From a bacterium (GTDB lineage Bacteria; SAR324; NAC60-12), in contig CBDDTI010000530.1 in the NCBI GenBank assembly GCA_965233585.1, forward strand, positions 1 through 45,301: a stretch of DNA of 45,301 nucleotides, in the 5' to 3' direction. Under the pieces are notes generated by a model. It searched no databases and had not been told where the DNA came from. It was given only the letters and a program-made list of their open reading frames with translations. Position 1 is the first letter of the stretch. Each line of letters starts with the position of its first letter. A program made the translations under genes and the position numbers. This document shows, one piece after another, positions 1-11,598 of the stretch.

Positions 1-2478
1 CACTTCCGCCACATTTTTTCCTATGTCTTTCATGTTGATAATACTTTACTTCGTAGTTAAAATTTAGAAATAAATTCAGTCTTATGCAAGCATTAAAGGA
101 TCAAGGTCTTCGTCCTTATGTTAAGATTATAACTCCTCGACCTTTCATTAGCAAATGTTTTGCTCAAAAGGAAAGCCCCACTACCAAAAATTGTTTTACT
201 TTATGCATCCATATGTTCATCCCAGGACACCCCTTATTTAGCGATGTAGTACATCAAGTTAGAACTTTTAAATGTGCAAGGCCTGGAACTTGAACTTTAC
301 CAAAAAACGTTTGGCACAAGGTCCAAACTTTGGCCATGCATGTGGTTAGCTCTTAGTAATCTAGAAAAACACCTGGGGAAGCCTTTGAATTTATTAAGGG
401 CTATCCTCCCGGTTAAAAGAAGTGGATGGCGAGTGGATAACCACCTTCAACAATCTTGGAACCTGAGCGGGATGTGTAATGCTCTAAAACGAAATGTAAT
501 GGGGATGGATGCATATTTTTTGCTTCCAGCACTTTTTACAAAATAAAAAAAGTTTTTAAAATTGAATGGAAAGGTTTGAATGCTAAAAAATATATTTATT
601 TGCATCTTTATATATTAGAAAATTCAAGAAAAATTACCATGGGGGGGGGGGGTGTTAACTACATACAGAGAAAAAAAAGAAGAAAAGGAAGGAAGATAAA
701 TTCGCTCCATCAGGAAGATAAAATCGCTATTTTTGCCATGTTTGTGTTAGGAAGTATTACGCTTTTTTGAAATTCTGGTTGGTCACATGATGAAGAAGAA
801 AAAAAAGTTAAAAACAAAATCCATTTTTATCTTTTTTATGACAAAAATTGAAGTTTAAAAGAACCTATTAAGGTCTGTGCACCGCCTGTGTAGCCTGAGC
901 TATTACGCATCCTAGCACAGAAAACTGCATGGGCCCATGCAGTTAACGAGGAGGATAGAATCAATTTGATTACAGTTTAACTAGATTGGTGAAGTAGTTC
1001 TGTGATGTTGTTTTCCAATGTAGAGGATGATAAATTACTTTTGAATTTCAGACAAGCAAACAGCATGTGACTGTTTGCGGTTAATTTAGCAAAGGCTTGT
1101 ACAGCAACTCTCAACTTCACCCTGTTTTGCAAAACCTTTAATGCATAAATCATAAAAATAATGGCAATAATGACAATTTTTGCATCAAACCTAGCTTTTT
1201 ACCTTTTTAATTAACCCTGTTGAAAACATTTTAACTCAGTAAATAAGTAGAAGTATAATTTCTTTACGGCATCAACAAAGGATGACAATAATTAAAACAG
1301 ATTTAAGATAGTTTTATTAAATCAAAAATATTAATAACAGCATTTCAAGATTGATATGTAATGGTACTCCAATTTTCGCTGAAAATGTCTTTCTTTGACC
1401 TCCAAAATGGCTGTTTGTAGCACTTGACACTAGGGTGCGCTAGCCTTGCACTGTTTCCAGAAATTGGAGTCCGCCCCTTCATACAATTTACAGCAAACCC
1501 AATTACTCAAAAATTTGTTGCCATAAACCTTTTCAAAATACACCAAGAGGGTATTTTCCATCAGAAATTTTCCAACAGAGAAACAAGATTTTCCAACAGA
1601 AATCCCACATTATAGCCAAATGTTCTTTCGGCTTTTTAAATTCATCTTTCCCCAAACAGCACCAATAGTTCGTGACTTTTCTACAAGAAGGAGTTGCAAT
1701 CAACCAGGTCAATCAATTTTTTGAGCTCTTGTTTGTAAAATACATAATTTTTGGCAATTATTTAACAATCTAAATAAAATGGTGAACCGGCATAGTCAGA
1801 TTGAAAAATATAAAAACACCCCTGAAATGATTTTGAAAAACAGCACAGTCGGTGACAAAGGACCTTGCATGCCTATGAAGCCAGTGGAAGGGGCTAATAA
1901 GCCATTGGTTGAATAACTCTATATTTGAGCAAGGTATTTTTTGGGTGGAAAAGGGTCAGTTATTAAAATCATAATGGAGTGGGGTCTAAAAATGTTCTTC
2001 TAAAAATGTGTAGGGAAGACAACAAACGGTTGATGTTGCCATTGCAACTGAAGTGGGGATCCCCTAGGGATGTACTGAAACAACTGTCTCTTGTCCTTTT
2101 GGGACATTAGAGGTCTTGAAACATTGTTCCCACTAGACCAATGACTATCACCTCACCCTTGGTCAGAGCAGGTTGTGTTCTGGTAGTGAAGGGTCCAGTG
2201 CACTCATGCAACCCTGTCAATACAATCAACCCATACAATCAATTTGATTTTTATGAAATCAACATGCAACTTTTGAGGACTTTCAGCAAATCCTACATGG
2301 CCAAATAAGGTTTTTGCCAAACCAAGGCTTGGTCCTTTTTATCCATTGGAGTCACAAGGAGTGTGGGACAGAGGATAAGCTAGTCTCACAAAACATAACA
2401 TTAAGAAAATCATGATCTCATAAAGCTCTTAACCCATTTTTGCCGAAAATTCAAATAATGGTCAGATTTTCATGAAAC

Positions 2479-2639
2479 TGAAGGGATATCCGAAACCTGT
2501 GAATCGAGAGAGATAACTGAAATCTATATTTCCGAACAGCGTGAAGGAAAATCAACAAACAGCTGACGGATCCACCAGATCGGCTAAATCCTACGCGAAC
2601 GCGCCTGCAGACGCGTAACTCCCGAGGGAGACTGCTACA
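2479..2639 (-). repeat. 3' LTR of Gypsy copy 1
   Basis: Direct repeat of 6239-6399 with 5 substitutions; adjacent PPT. Confidence 0.95.
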
Positions 2640-2699
2640 GAACTCCCTCCCAGCGTCTGCCTAGTCTGTTGTTGCCGTGGCCATGTACCTTTCCGGAGG

Positions 2700-5600
2700 A
2701 CGAACAACTCTCCCACGCCTTGTTACCTGCGCGTACGTAGGTGGTTGTTGTTCCAGTTCCGTCTCTGTCCTCGTCTGCGGGCAACTCTTCGTCGGCTGCT
2801 GGCACCGTCTCTGCTGGCTCGTCGGCTGCTGGTCGACCATCTCTTGGTTTTGGCGGCCTTCCTCTCCTCGGCGGTACCGCGGGTTGGATGCGTTGGTCGG
2901 TTGTGGCGATCGCGGGGTTCAGCCTGTCGATGCTTACGTTTTCCTCTCTCTCTCTCCGACAAGAATTTTAAAGAACTTTTCGTGCCTCTGCAAAACTCTG
3001 TAAGGCCCTGTGTAAGGTTTTTGCAGTGGCCCGTGCGAAGCATCCCTTCTAACGAAAACGTATTCCGCCTCTTGTAAGCCTTTGGCACTCGCCGCTGCCG
3101 CTTTGCCATGCCAGGCGTCTGGTGCCGGGACTAGTCATCCAGCTACGTCCCGCATGCGCTGGAGATGATCTGCGGTGTCCGGGTCGCTACTAGGCCCGAC
3201 AAATGTCCCCAGGACCGTAAGAGGTGATCCAAATACCATGTCGGCCACCGATGTGCCCAGGTCCTGCTTCGGCATGGTCCTCAACCCGAGTAGTACCCAT
3301 GGTAGATCGTCCATCCATGCCGGCGTCGTTAACTGGGCGCGTAATGCCGCCTTCAGAGACCTGTGGAATCGTTCTACCAGACCGTTTGACTGGGGATGAA
3401 AGGCAGTCGTATGATGGATTTTGGCTCCCAGCGATTCAGAGAGGGCTCGCCAGATATCCGAGGTAAACTGCGGCCCTCTGTCTGACGTGATATCCATTGG
3501 CACGCCAAATCTTGCAACCCAGTGCAGTGCAAATGCTCTGCCGACCGTGCCCGCGTCCGTCTGCGCTATGGGAATAGCCTCTGGCCACCTCGTGAACCGG
3601 TCGATCATAGTCAGAAGATGTGTGCATCCTCTGGATGCTGGCAAAGGTCCAACTAAGTCGACGTGGACGTGAGCGAACCGCGCGGTTGCCGTCTGAAATT
3701 TATGCAGCGGAGCGTTATTGTGACAATGCACTTTTGCTGTCTGGCATGCGACGCAGCCGCGGGCCCATGCCCGCACCTCCTTCGCTATGCCATGCCACAC
3801 GAATTTGCTGGTCATTATCTTCACCGTAGCGCTCGTCCCCGGATGTGAAAGCCCGTGAACGATGTCGAAGACTTCTCTTCTCATTCTGGCAGGCACCAGC
3901 GGCCTTGGAATTCCCGTGGACGTATCGCACACAAGCTTGTATGGTCCCTGATCCACGTCGATTTCTTCCCATACCAGTGTGGTTACCACTGTCCTGTACG
4001 CCGAAGTCTCCGGATCCAGCTGCTGCATTTCAGCCATTTTGCTGAAATCGATGCCCAGCCGGATCTCCTCGATGGCCGCCCTCGATAATGCGTCTGCTAC
4101 TGCATTCTCTGCTCCCGCAACGTGGCGTATGTCTGTGGAATATTGAGAGATATATTCCAAATGTCGTGCTTGCCGATGCGACCATGGCTTGGCACTCTTG
4201 GCCATGGCGAAAGTAAGCGGACGATGATCCGTGAAGATCGGGAAATCTCGTCCCTCTAGATAATGTCGAAAGTGCCGGATGCCTAAATACACCGCCAGCA
4301 GCTCGCGGTCGAACGCACTGTATTATCTCTCTGGCGGTCGCAACTTCTTACTGAAGTAAGCCAACGGCTCCCAGGCGCCGCCTTCTCTTGCTCGCTGCTG
4401 CAGTACGGCTCCTACCGCTTCATCGGATGCGTCCGCGGTCATTGCGATTTCGGCCCCAGGTCGAGGATGCCGAAGCATTGTTGTCGCCGCCAGAGCCTTC
4501 TTTGCTTCTGTGAAAGACCTGCTCATCTCATCGCTCCACTGCAGCCGCGTCTTCGCCTTCATCGTTGCCTTGTATAATGGCTTCATAATCTCTGCGGCTT
4601 TCGGAATGAATTGGTTATAAAAATTGATCATGCCCAGGAATCTTCTCATTTCTTCAGGCGTGGATGGCTTTGGGAACTGTTCTATCGCTGCCACTTTTTC
4701 GGGTAACGGCTCTACGCCGTCCTTTGTCACTGTATGGCCCAAAAATTCGATTTTCTTCTGGCCGAATTGGCACTTGGCCGGGCTCACCACCAGTTCGTGT
4801 GCGGCAAGCCTCTGAAACAGCTGTCGAAAGTGTTCGTAGTGTTCTTCCAGCGTTCGGCTGGCAATTAGCACATCATCCATGTATACGAACAAGAATTCCA
4901 GGTCGCATAGAATCTCGTCCATCATCCTTTGAAACGTTTGCCCAGCGTTCTTAAGCCCGAATGGCATTCTCAGAAATTCGTATGTTCCAAACGGCATCAT
5001 AATCGCAGTCTTTGCTATGTCTTCCTCCGCTACCAGGATTTGGTGGTAACCTTTGATGAGGTCAACCTTTCCGAAGATCCTCCTGCCGTATAGTCGGGCG
5101 GTGAGATCGGCGATCAGTGGTATGGAATATCGGTCTGGCGTCGTAACGGTATTGAGTCGTCTGTAGTCTCCGCACATGCCAAAAGTTCCATCTTTCTTTG
5201 TGACGACGTGCAATGGCGACGACCACGGTCCATTCGATCGGCGGACGATTCCGGACGTGGCCATCTCAGCGAACGTAGCTTTAGCTGCGGCAAGCTTCTG
5301 GGGTGGCAGTGGCCTTGCCTTCGCTCGGATTGGCTGGCCTCTTGTTTCGATAGTGTGCCGAACTCCGTGCTGGGGCATGTCGACTTTGAAGTTCGGCACC
5401 GTGACTGACAGGAATTCCGCAAACAACTTCGCCAACAGTGACGGGTTGGCGGCCGCGGCAAACGCAAGTCCGGTGATGCGGGATCTGTGTTTCGTTCGTT
5501 GCAAGCTCGTCGCCTGCATCTCCTTCAGATGAAGCAGCTGTTTATTCCGCAAGTCGACTAGGAGAGAACTGTGGATCAAGAAATCCGCACCGATGAGTGG

Positions 5601-5875
5601 CCTACGTATGTCTGCCACCAGGAATTTCCATTCATAAATCCGGCCTCCTATATGCATCTGCAATTTCCTTTCGCCATAGCATTTGATTCGGGAACCATTT
5701 GCGGCGATGAGTTCTTTTTTGAAGCGGCGTGCCTTGCCTCTCTTGCTCCGATGCTGGCACGACGCTGACCTCGGCTCCGGTATCGATCAGGAAAGCCCTG
5801 TTCGTTTTTGCGTCGTGTAGGGTGAGCGAGCCGGCCGCTACGGACGCTACTGGCGACCGGCTATCCCGTTTTCCA
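2700..5875 (-). pseudogene. pol: Gypsy pol pseudogene (PR-RT-RNaseH-IN)
   Basis: FLIDTGAEVS protease (5632-5892 ORF), YMDD RT and TADAS RNase H (4323-5663), HHCC + DDE integrase (3135-4292). Frameshift near 5715-5735, stops at 4323 and 3135. The GPY/F module continues past 3135. Left bound approximate. Confidence 0.9.
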
Positions 5876-6238
5876 ACCACGGTAAGACGCACGGTTCACG
5901 GCACTGGGTGGCGGACTTTCGGAAGTATGCGTGAAATACTCAAGGTCCATCTGGTCGCTGAATGTACGAAGCAGCAAAATCATGGAAAGTGATGGTCGGT
6001 TGAATGTGAACGATCCGGTTCGGCACCGTCCTCACGGCTTTCGCCTCCTCTTCTCCGTTGTCCATCTTTCTTTCCTACCCGGGAAAATAATGGCAGCGAG
6101 AATGTTCGGATTAAACCAGTATCGCAATCGCGGGAACTGACCTTTTCGGTGTCCGTATCTCCTAGACACCGGTCCGATGTTTCGAAGGTTGTCATGTTCG
6201 TCGTCCCCAGATCGTAGGATCCAGGGCGCGGTCACCAT

Positions 6239-6399
6239 TGAAGGGATATCCGAAACCTGCGAATCGAGAGAGATAACTGAAATCTATATTTCCGAACAGT
6301 GTGAAGGAAAATCAACAAACAGCTGACGGATCCACCGGATCGGCTAAATCCTACGCGAACGCGCCTGCAGATGCGTAACTCCCGAGGGAGACCGCTACA
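6239..6399 (-). repeat. 5' LTR of Gypsy copy 1
   Basis: Direct repeat of 2479-2639; adjacent PBS. Confidence 0.95.
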
Positions 6400-6609
6400 A
6401 AACTTCATATACATTGCCTAAGGGAGGGGGGAAGATCATACATGAAAATTTTTTTTTTGGATCCAGAGTAGTTTCTGAGATATCGTGCATGTTCATATGA
6501 ACAATGCCGGCAAATACGGGTACAAAACTGGCTAAAATAAGGCTAAAATAAGGCTAAAAATAAATACATTTAGAGAATGAATTTGGTTTCCCCAAGGGGA
6601 ACTACTTCA

Positions 6610-7320
6610 CTGAGCAACTGGTAGGTATCTTATGAACTGAATTCAAGTTGTTTATTTCATTTTGAAAGAGATTTGACCTCTATTTTCCCCTCCTAAAGCC
6701 AAAAAACCAAGCTCGTTTTTACTTCCCTTCCGCCAAAACATGAAAGTATGAAAGCAAATCTCACTCAAAAGGCCATGAAGTTAGGTCCAAATGATAACTG
6801 AGGAACTGGTAGGTATCTTATGAATTGAATTCAAGTAGTTTATTTCAAACTGAAAGAGATTTGACCTCTATTTTCCACTGCCAAAGCCAAAATACTGAGC
6901 TCGTTTTTACTTCTCTTGATGAAAGTATGAAACCAAATGTCAGCCAAAAGGCCATGAAGTTAGGTCCAAATGATAACTGAGGAACTGATAGGTATCTCAT
7001 GAATTGAATTCAAGTTGTTCATTTCAAACTGAAAGAGGTTTGACCCTGCTAAAGCCAAAAAAATCGAGCTTGTTTTTTACTTCCCTTCCGCCATAATATG
7101 AAAGTATGAAACCAAATGTCAGCCAAAAGGCCAATAAATTAGGTCCCAATGATAACTGCTTCACTGAGAAACTGTTATGAATTGAATTCAAGTTGGTTAT
7201 TTCAAACTGAAAGAGATTTGACCCTGCTAAAGCCAAAAAAATCGAGCTCGTTTTTTACTTCCCTTCCACCAAAGCATGAAAATATGAAAGTATAAAACCA
7301 AATCTCAGTCAAAAGGCCTT
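6610..7320. repeat. Tandem repeat, about four diverged ~170-180 bp units
   Basis: Recurring GAATT(G)AATTCAAGT..TTTCAAACTGAAAGAGATTTGACC..AAAGCCAAAA..GAAAGTATGAAA..AAAAGGCC blocks. Confidence 0.8.
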
Positions 7321-7356
7321 GAAGCTAGCTTCCAATCATATATATATCATATATAT

Positions 7357-7396
<40 letters not shown>

Positions 7397-8745
7397 TATA
7401 TCAAAGTTATAAACAATTTTGAAAAAAAAATTTCTTTTTGTTATAAATGTGTCAGTTTTGTACCCTCTAGTGCCGGCATTGTTCATATGAACATGCAAAG
7501 TTTAGCATAACTTTTCGATACCTAAATATTTATATATTAAGTCAAAAATTCCCACAAACCTTCCTATGCAGGTCAAAAAAATACTGTAAAGTTTCAAGTC
7601 ATTTGGGGAACAAGGAAAAAAAATATTGAGCAACAAATTTCTGCCGGTGGCCATTTCGCCATCGGCGAAAAATGGCATGATTTTGACTGCCTCTTACTCG
7701 GAGGTCTCTTCAGCAATGATTAATCTTTTTTTTTCAGAGTTACTTCAATATATGGAGAACATATTCAAAAAGAGTTTGAGTGTATATGATGATTGATTTG
7801 GGTTTTATGGCGATTTTAAAAAAGGCACTTTGCATGTTCACATGAACAATGCCGGCGCAAATGGGTTAATCATGAGCCAAAAATAAAATACCTAAATTTA
7901 GTATAACTTTTTTCAAAAGCAACTGCAATGTGTTTTCCATTAATATTGTCTGGAAAACCCTGACAATCTTTTCGACCTCTGGCCAAATAGTTGTTTTTGA
8001 AAACTAATAACGTTTTGTTCACACTAGCACCCCCAAAAAAGTGACTGTTTTAATCACTTTTACGGGTCTTTTATTATTTTCAGCTCAAAAAAATTTGGAA
8101 GCCATGAGGAAACCCCCTTAGCAGCCATATTAAAATTGAACCTCACCCATTAAAAATTCCCATGTCCATGTATGACTACAACTGTAGATAGATATTCCTT
8201 TAACACATACCCTTTAGAAGCACTGGTGATTATTTTGAGGAAAAGGCATCAAACAATTTCAAGATGCAAAGAACATATATAATGAGGCCTCCCATGTCTC
8301 TCTCAAAAAAAGAGTAAAGAGCATGATGGCTTTTATTGTGACTCTTCGAGCAGGCCTAATTTTTTCAAGCCATGGACACGCCCCCTACTGGAGAATCCAA
8401 TAAAACATCACAGTTGGTAGGACATTGTCCATCTGAAATGCTCTAATGCTGCTCATTAAGTATTTGGTGTTCATGGGCATGGGATTCTATCAAAGATGTC
8501 AAAGCGATTTTGCCACCCGACATATGCTTCCAGACACCTGCCACCGATCCTAGATGGCACCACCACATCCGCTTGCAAAGACTTCTGCCACCCAAATCAA
8601 ATGCCAGAGTTCATAATGCCTGCTTACCATTTGTCACCAATACCAAGTGTCACCCTAACTAAATGCCAACCAAGACATTTGCCATCCTAGATGTTTGCTG
8701 TCCGAGACATTTGCTATCTAAGACATTTTCCAATCAAGATATTGT

Positions 8746-8982
8746 ACCTAAACATCTGACGGCACAAATTTGAAGAAAATCATAAATTTGTGGAAGTGTG
8801 GAAAATTGTGACTGTGATGTCACAAATTTGTGACTCGACTGCCACAAAATTGTGGAGATATCCTAAAAAGGTCCACAATTTTGGGCCAGTAGAGTCACAA
8901 ATTTGTGGCATCAAAGTCACAATTTTCCACACTTCCACAAATTTATGATTTTCCACAAATTTGTGCCGTCAGATGTTTAGGT
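8746..8982. mobile_element. Palindromic MITE (foldback)
   Basis: ACCTAAACATCTGACGGCACAAATTTG... mirrored by ...CAAATTTGTGCCGTCAGATGTTTAGGT; ~110 bp imperfect arms. Confidence 0.8.
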
Positions 8983-10379
8983 GCATTGGCCACTGGAGAC
9001 ATTTACCATCCAAGACATTAGTCACTTAAGACATTTGCCACCCAAGACATTACTTTTGGTTTTGCGATGATGTCTATTACAGTCATTTAGTGTACAGTAT
9101 ACAAAGGCTATTACAGTTGAGTAAAGTGCAAATCATGCAACAATTCCCCCTGGGGGGGAGCCATGTAGCAGTACCAGGTCAAAGAGGTTTGTCAACCCTG
9201 AAGATGAAGTTCCGCCTCCCTTCCTTTTCCTATTCAGTCGTTTCCGGCTCATGCTCATGGCGGTAGAGAAAAGTGATCTATTTAGTATTGTATCGTGGAC
9301 CGAGAATATTGAGAATTCCAGGCAACTACAAAATATGTCTTTTTAATTGTAATCCTTATTTTTAATATCTTTAAAATCTTTTTTTACTAATAATTCAGGA
9401 ATCAATGAGGGTAAAACGTAGCTGATTCAAACGCGTTTTCAAAGCTTCTTTTCAAAACCAGTTGTTAATTCAAGTTTAGCCTCCAGGTGCACCAGTTTTC
9501 AAACCATTTTCAAAACTTTTTCACCTAAAAGCTAAATTAGTTTTTGAGGTTTCATCACCTCTCCCTTGAAAGATTCTTAATTGAGTTACTGATCACAAAA
9601 CATTAGAATTCTGAAAAAAGTTAAGACTTAAAATGGGATGTTTAACATGTGTGGATGAGTTCCCAGCAACAGGAAAAAACTATTTCTGAACCATCTTAAA
9701 AACCCTCTTGATGGCCAAATTGTGAAAATAATTTTAAGAAATTCAAAAATTCTATGATTTTTAAAGCATTTAAAGCAGGTTTGTGATGTACAATATGTTG
9801 AAACCCCTCCTTCTTCCAGTAACATTAAGTTTCATGATTTAAGGCCAAGATAAACATGATATAAATATGTAAAAGGGTATTTTTTCATAAAAATATCAAA
9901 AAGTCAATGAGAAAAGAAAACACTTTTAGAATTATAATAAACATACTTAAATATGTAACCAGGGGGTTATATAATGTATACAATTCAATTGATTGAATGA
10001 TTAATACACTCAAGTTTAGATAAAGCATTACAATACCAATACTGAATCATGATCTATAAGATTGGTTTGTAACCTCTTGGGCATGAAGGAACTGTTTCTT
10101 CAACAGTAGGGGTTTTGTAGGCTTGTAGCGAGTTCCCAAGAGAGTTGCGCGTCTGCGTTATCAGATCACAGTTTACTTATGAGCCGGTCGAGCCGGCAGC
10201 TGTTGTTTACTTCACACGCTTCGCTCAGAAATAAAATCAGTTCATTTCTCTCGCTTCAACTTCTCGCTTCAGTGGTGACACCGACTTCTTTGACGTCTTC
10301 AAAGAAGAGCTTCGACAAAGTAAGTTTACAACACGCAACCTTCGAAGAAAGAAAGAAGAAAAAGAAAAAAGAGTAAGTC

Positions 10380-10740
10380 TTGAGCGATCGTTTAAGTTTA
10401 AGCTAAAAGACTTTTGGCTCGTATCGAGTTGCCGAATCGGCGTAAAAGAGAGAAGTTTTTTTTGGCTTTAAACGATCGTTTGAGTTTACTTCGAAGAGTA
10501 AGTTTCCGAAGCGCCGTTTAAGTTTAAAAAGACTTTTGGCTCGTATCGAGTTGCCGCATCGGCGTAAAAGAGAAGAGTTTTTTTCGGCTTTAAACGATCG
10601 TTTGAGTTTACTTCGAAGAGTAAGTTTCCGAAGCGCCGTAAAAACTTTTGTCTCGTATCAGAACGATCGAGTTGCCGCGTCGGCGTAAAAGAAAAAAAAA
10701 GTTTTTTTGGCTTTAAACGATCGTTTAAGTTTACTTAAAA
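10380..10740 (+). repeat. Tandem ~115-120 bp repeats in the retrotransposon 5' leader
   Basis: About three copies of GACTTTTGGCTCGTATCGAGTTGCCG..CGGCGTAAAAGA..GGCTTTAAACGATCGTTT. The same unit recurs at 45050-45301. Confidence 0.85.
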
Positions 10741-10836
10741 ATAGGCGTAACTTTAGTTCCGAACTTTGCCGATAGGGGGCGTTTTAAAAAGAGGCGTTTT
10801 TTATTTCCGGTTTGCCTGAGTCAATAGCTGCAAACG

Positions 10837-11598
10837 ATGGCCAAGGTAGAGGAAGAAGCCACAGTAGGCATGCTGTCGGTCAAATTGCCAACATTCTGGC
10901 CAGACATGCCGGAAGTATGGTTCGCCCAGGCCGAAGCGAACTTCCGGGCAAGAAGGATCACCAGCCAGAAGTCCAAATTTAACCTGGTTGTGGTGGCGTT
11001 GGACGCGGACACGTTGAAGGGCGTACTAGACCTGATCGAACGGGAACCCGATGAGGAGTCATACAACCGGCTGAAGGCAAGGCTGGTGCAGGCCTACAAG
11101 TTGTCGACGGTCGACAAGGTCAAGCAGTGCATGGAACTGCCGCTGTTGGCAGAGGAGAACCCGATCAAATTAGCGGACCAGATGATCGCGTTGACCAGGG
11201 ATGCTACCGCAGAGGATATCGTCAAGACGATGTTCCTGCTTAAGCTACCAGATTCGGTCCGCAAGGCCATGTGGGCGGAGCCGCTAAAGGACTGGGCCGA
11301 GATGAAGGCCAGGGCAAAAGGGCTATGGCATGCAGAGAAGACCAAACGCCAGGCTGCCACGTACGAAGTAGCAGGCGCCCGCACCATCAGCCAAGACGAC
11401 GAAGTAGAGACGAACGCTGTCCGGTTTAAGCCTAAAGGTAAAAATAACCAAAATTCTAAAAAGTTTAAAGACTTCGCAGGTACGTTCTACCAACGACCAA
11501 ATGGCCCGTGCGTGTTCCACGAGTTCTACGGACAATCTGCAACCAGGTGCCGTTCACCATGCAGTCAGGCGGGAAACGGGAAAGCCGGGCGTCAGTAG
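10837..11598 (+). CDS. gag: Gypsy Gag (253 aa)
   Basis: VKLPTFWPDMPEVWFAQAEANF N-terminus typical of short-Gag Gypsy lineages; C-terminal CVFHEFYGQSATRCRSPC Cys/His motif. Confidence 0.9.
   Translation: MAKVEEEATVGMLSVKLPTFWPDMPEVWFAQAEANFRARRITSQKSKFNLVVVALDADTLKGVLDLIEREPDEESYNRLKARLVQAYKLSTVDKVKQCMELPLLAEENPIKLADQMIALTRDATAEDIVKTMFLLKLPDSVRKAMWAEPLKDWAEMKARAKGLWHAEKTKRQAATYEVAGARTISQDDEVETNAVRFKPKGKNNQNSKKFKDFAGTFYQRPNGPCVFHEFYGQSATRCRSPCSQAGNGKAGRQ

Larger units (their letters stand above)
2479..6399 (-). mobile_element. Decayed Ty3/Gypsy LTR retrotransposon, copy 1 (most of gag deleted, pol disrupted)
   Basis: 161 bp TG..CA LTRs at 2479-2639 and 6239-6399. 4 bp TSD AAAC (2475-2478, 6400-6403). 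PBS TGGTGACC on the minus strand next to 6239. Polypurine tract GGGAGGGAG on the minus strand next to 2639. Confidence 0.95.

Noticed and set aside
1..2400. Short ORFs at the window start
   Set aside because: No recognisable domains; AT-rich sequence consistent with non-coding or decayed repeat DNA.
2677..6414. Many short overlapping or antisense ORFs in the Gypsy copies (also 10821-14623) and opposite Maverick genes
   Set aside because: Shadow frames of GC-rich coding sequence with no recognisable motifs.
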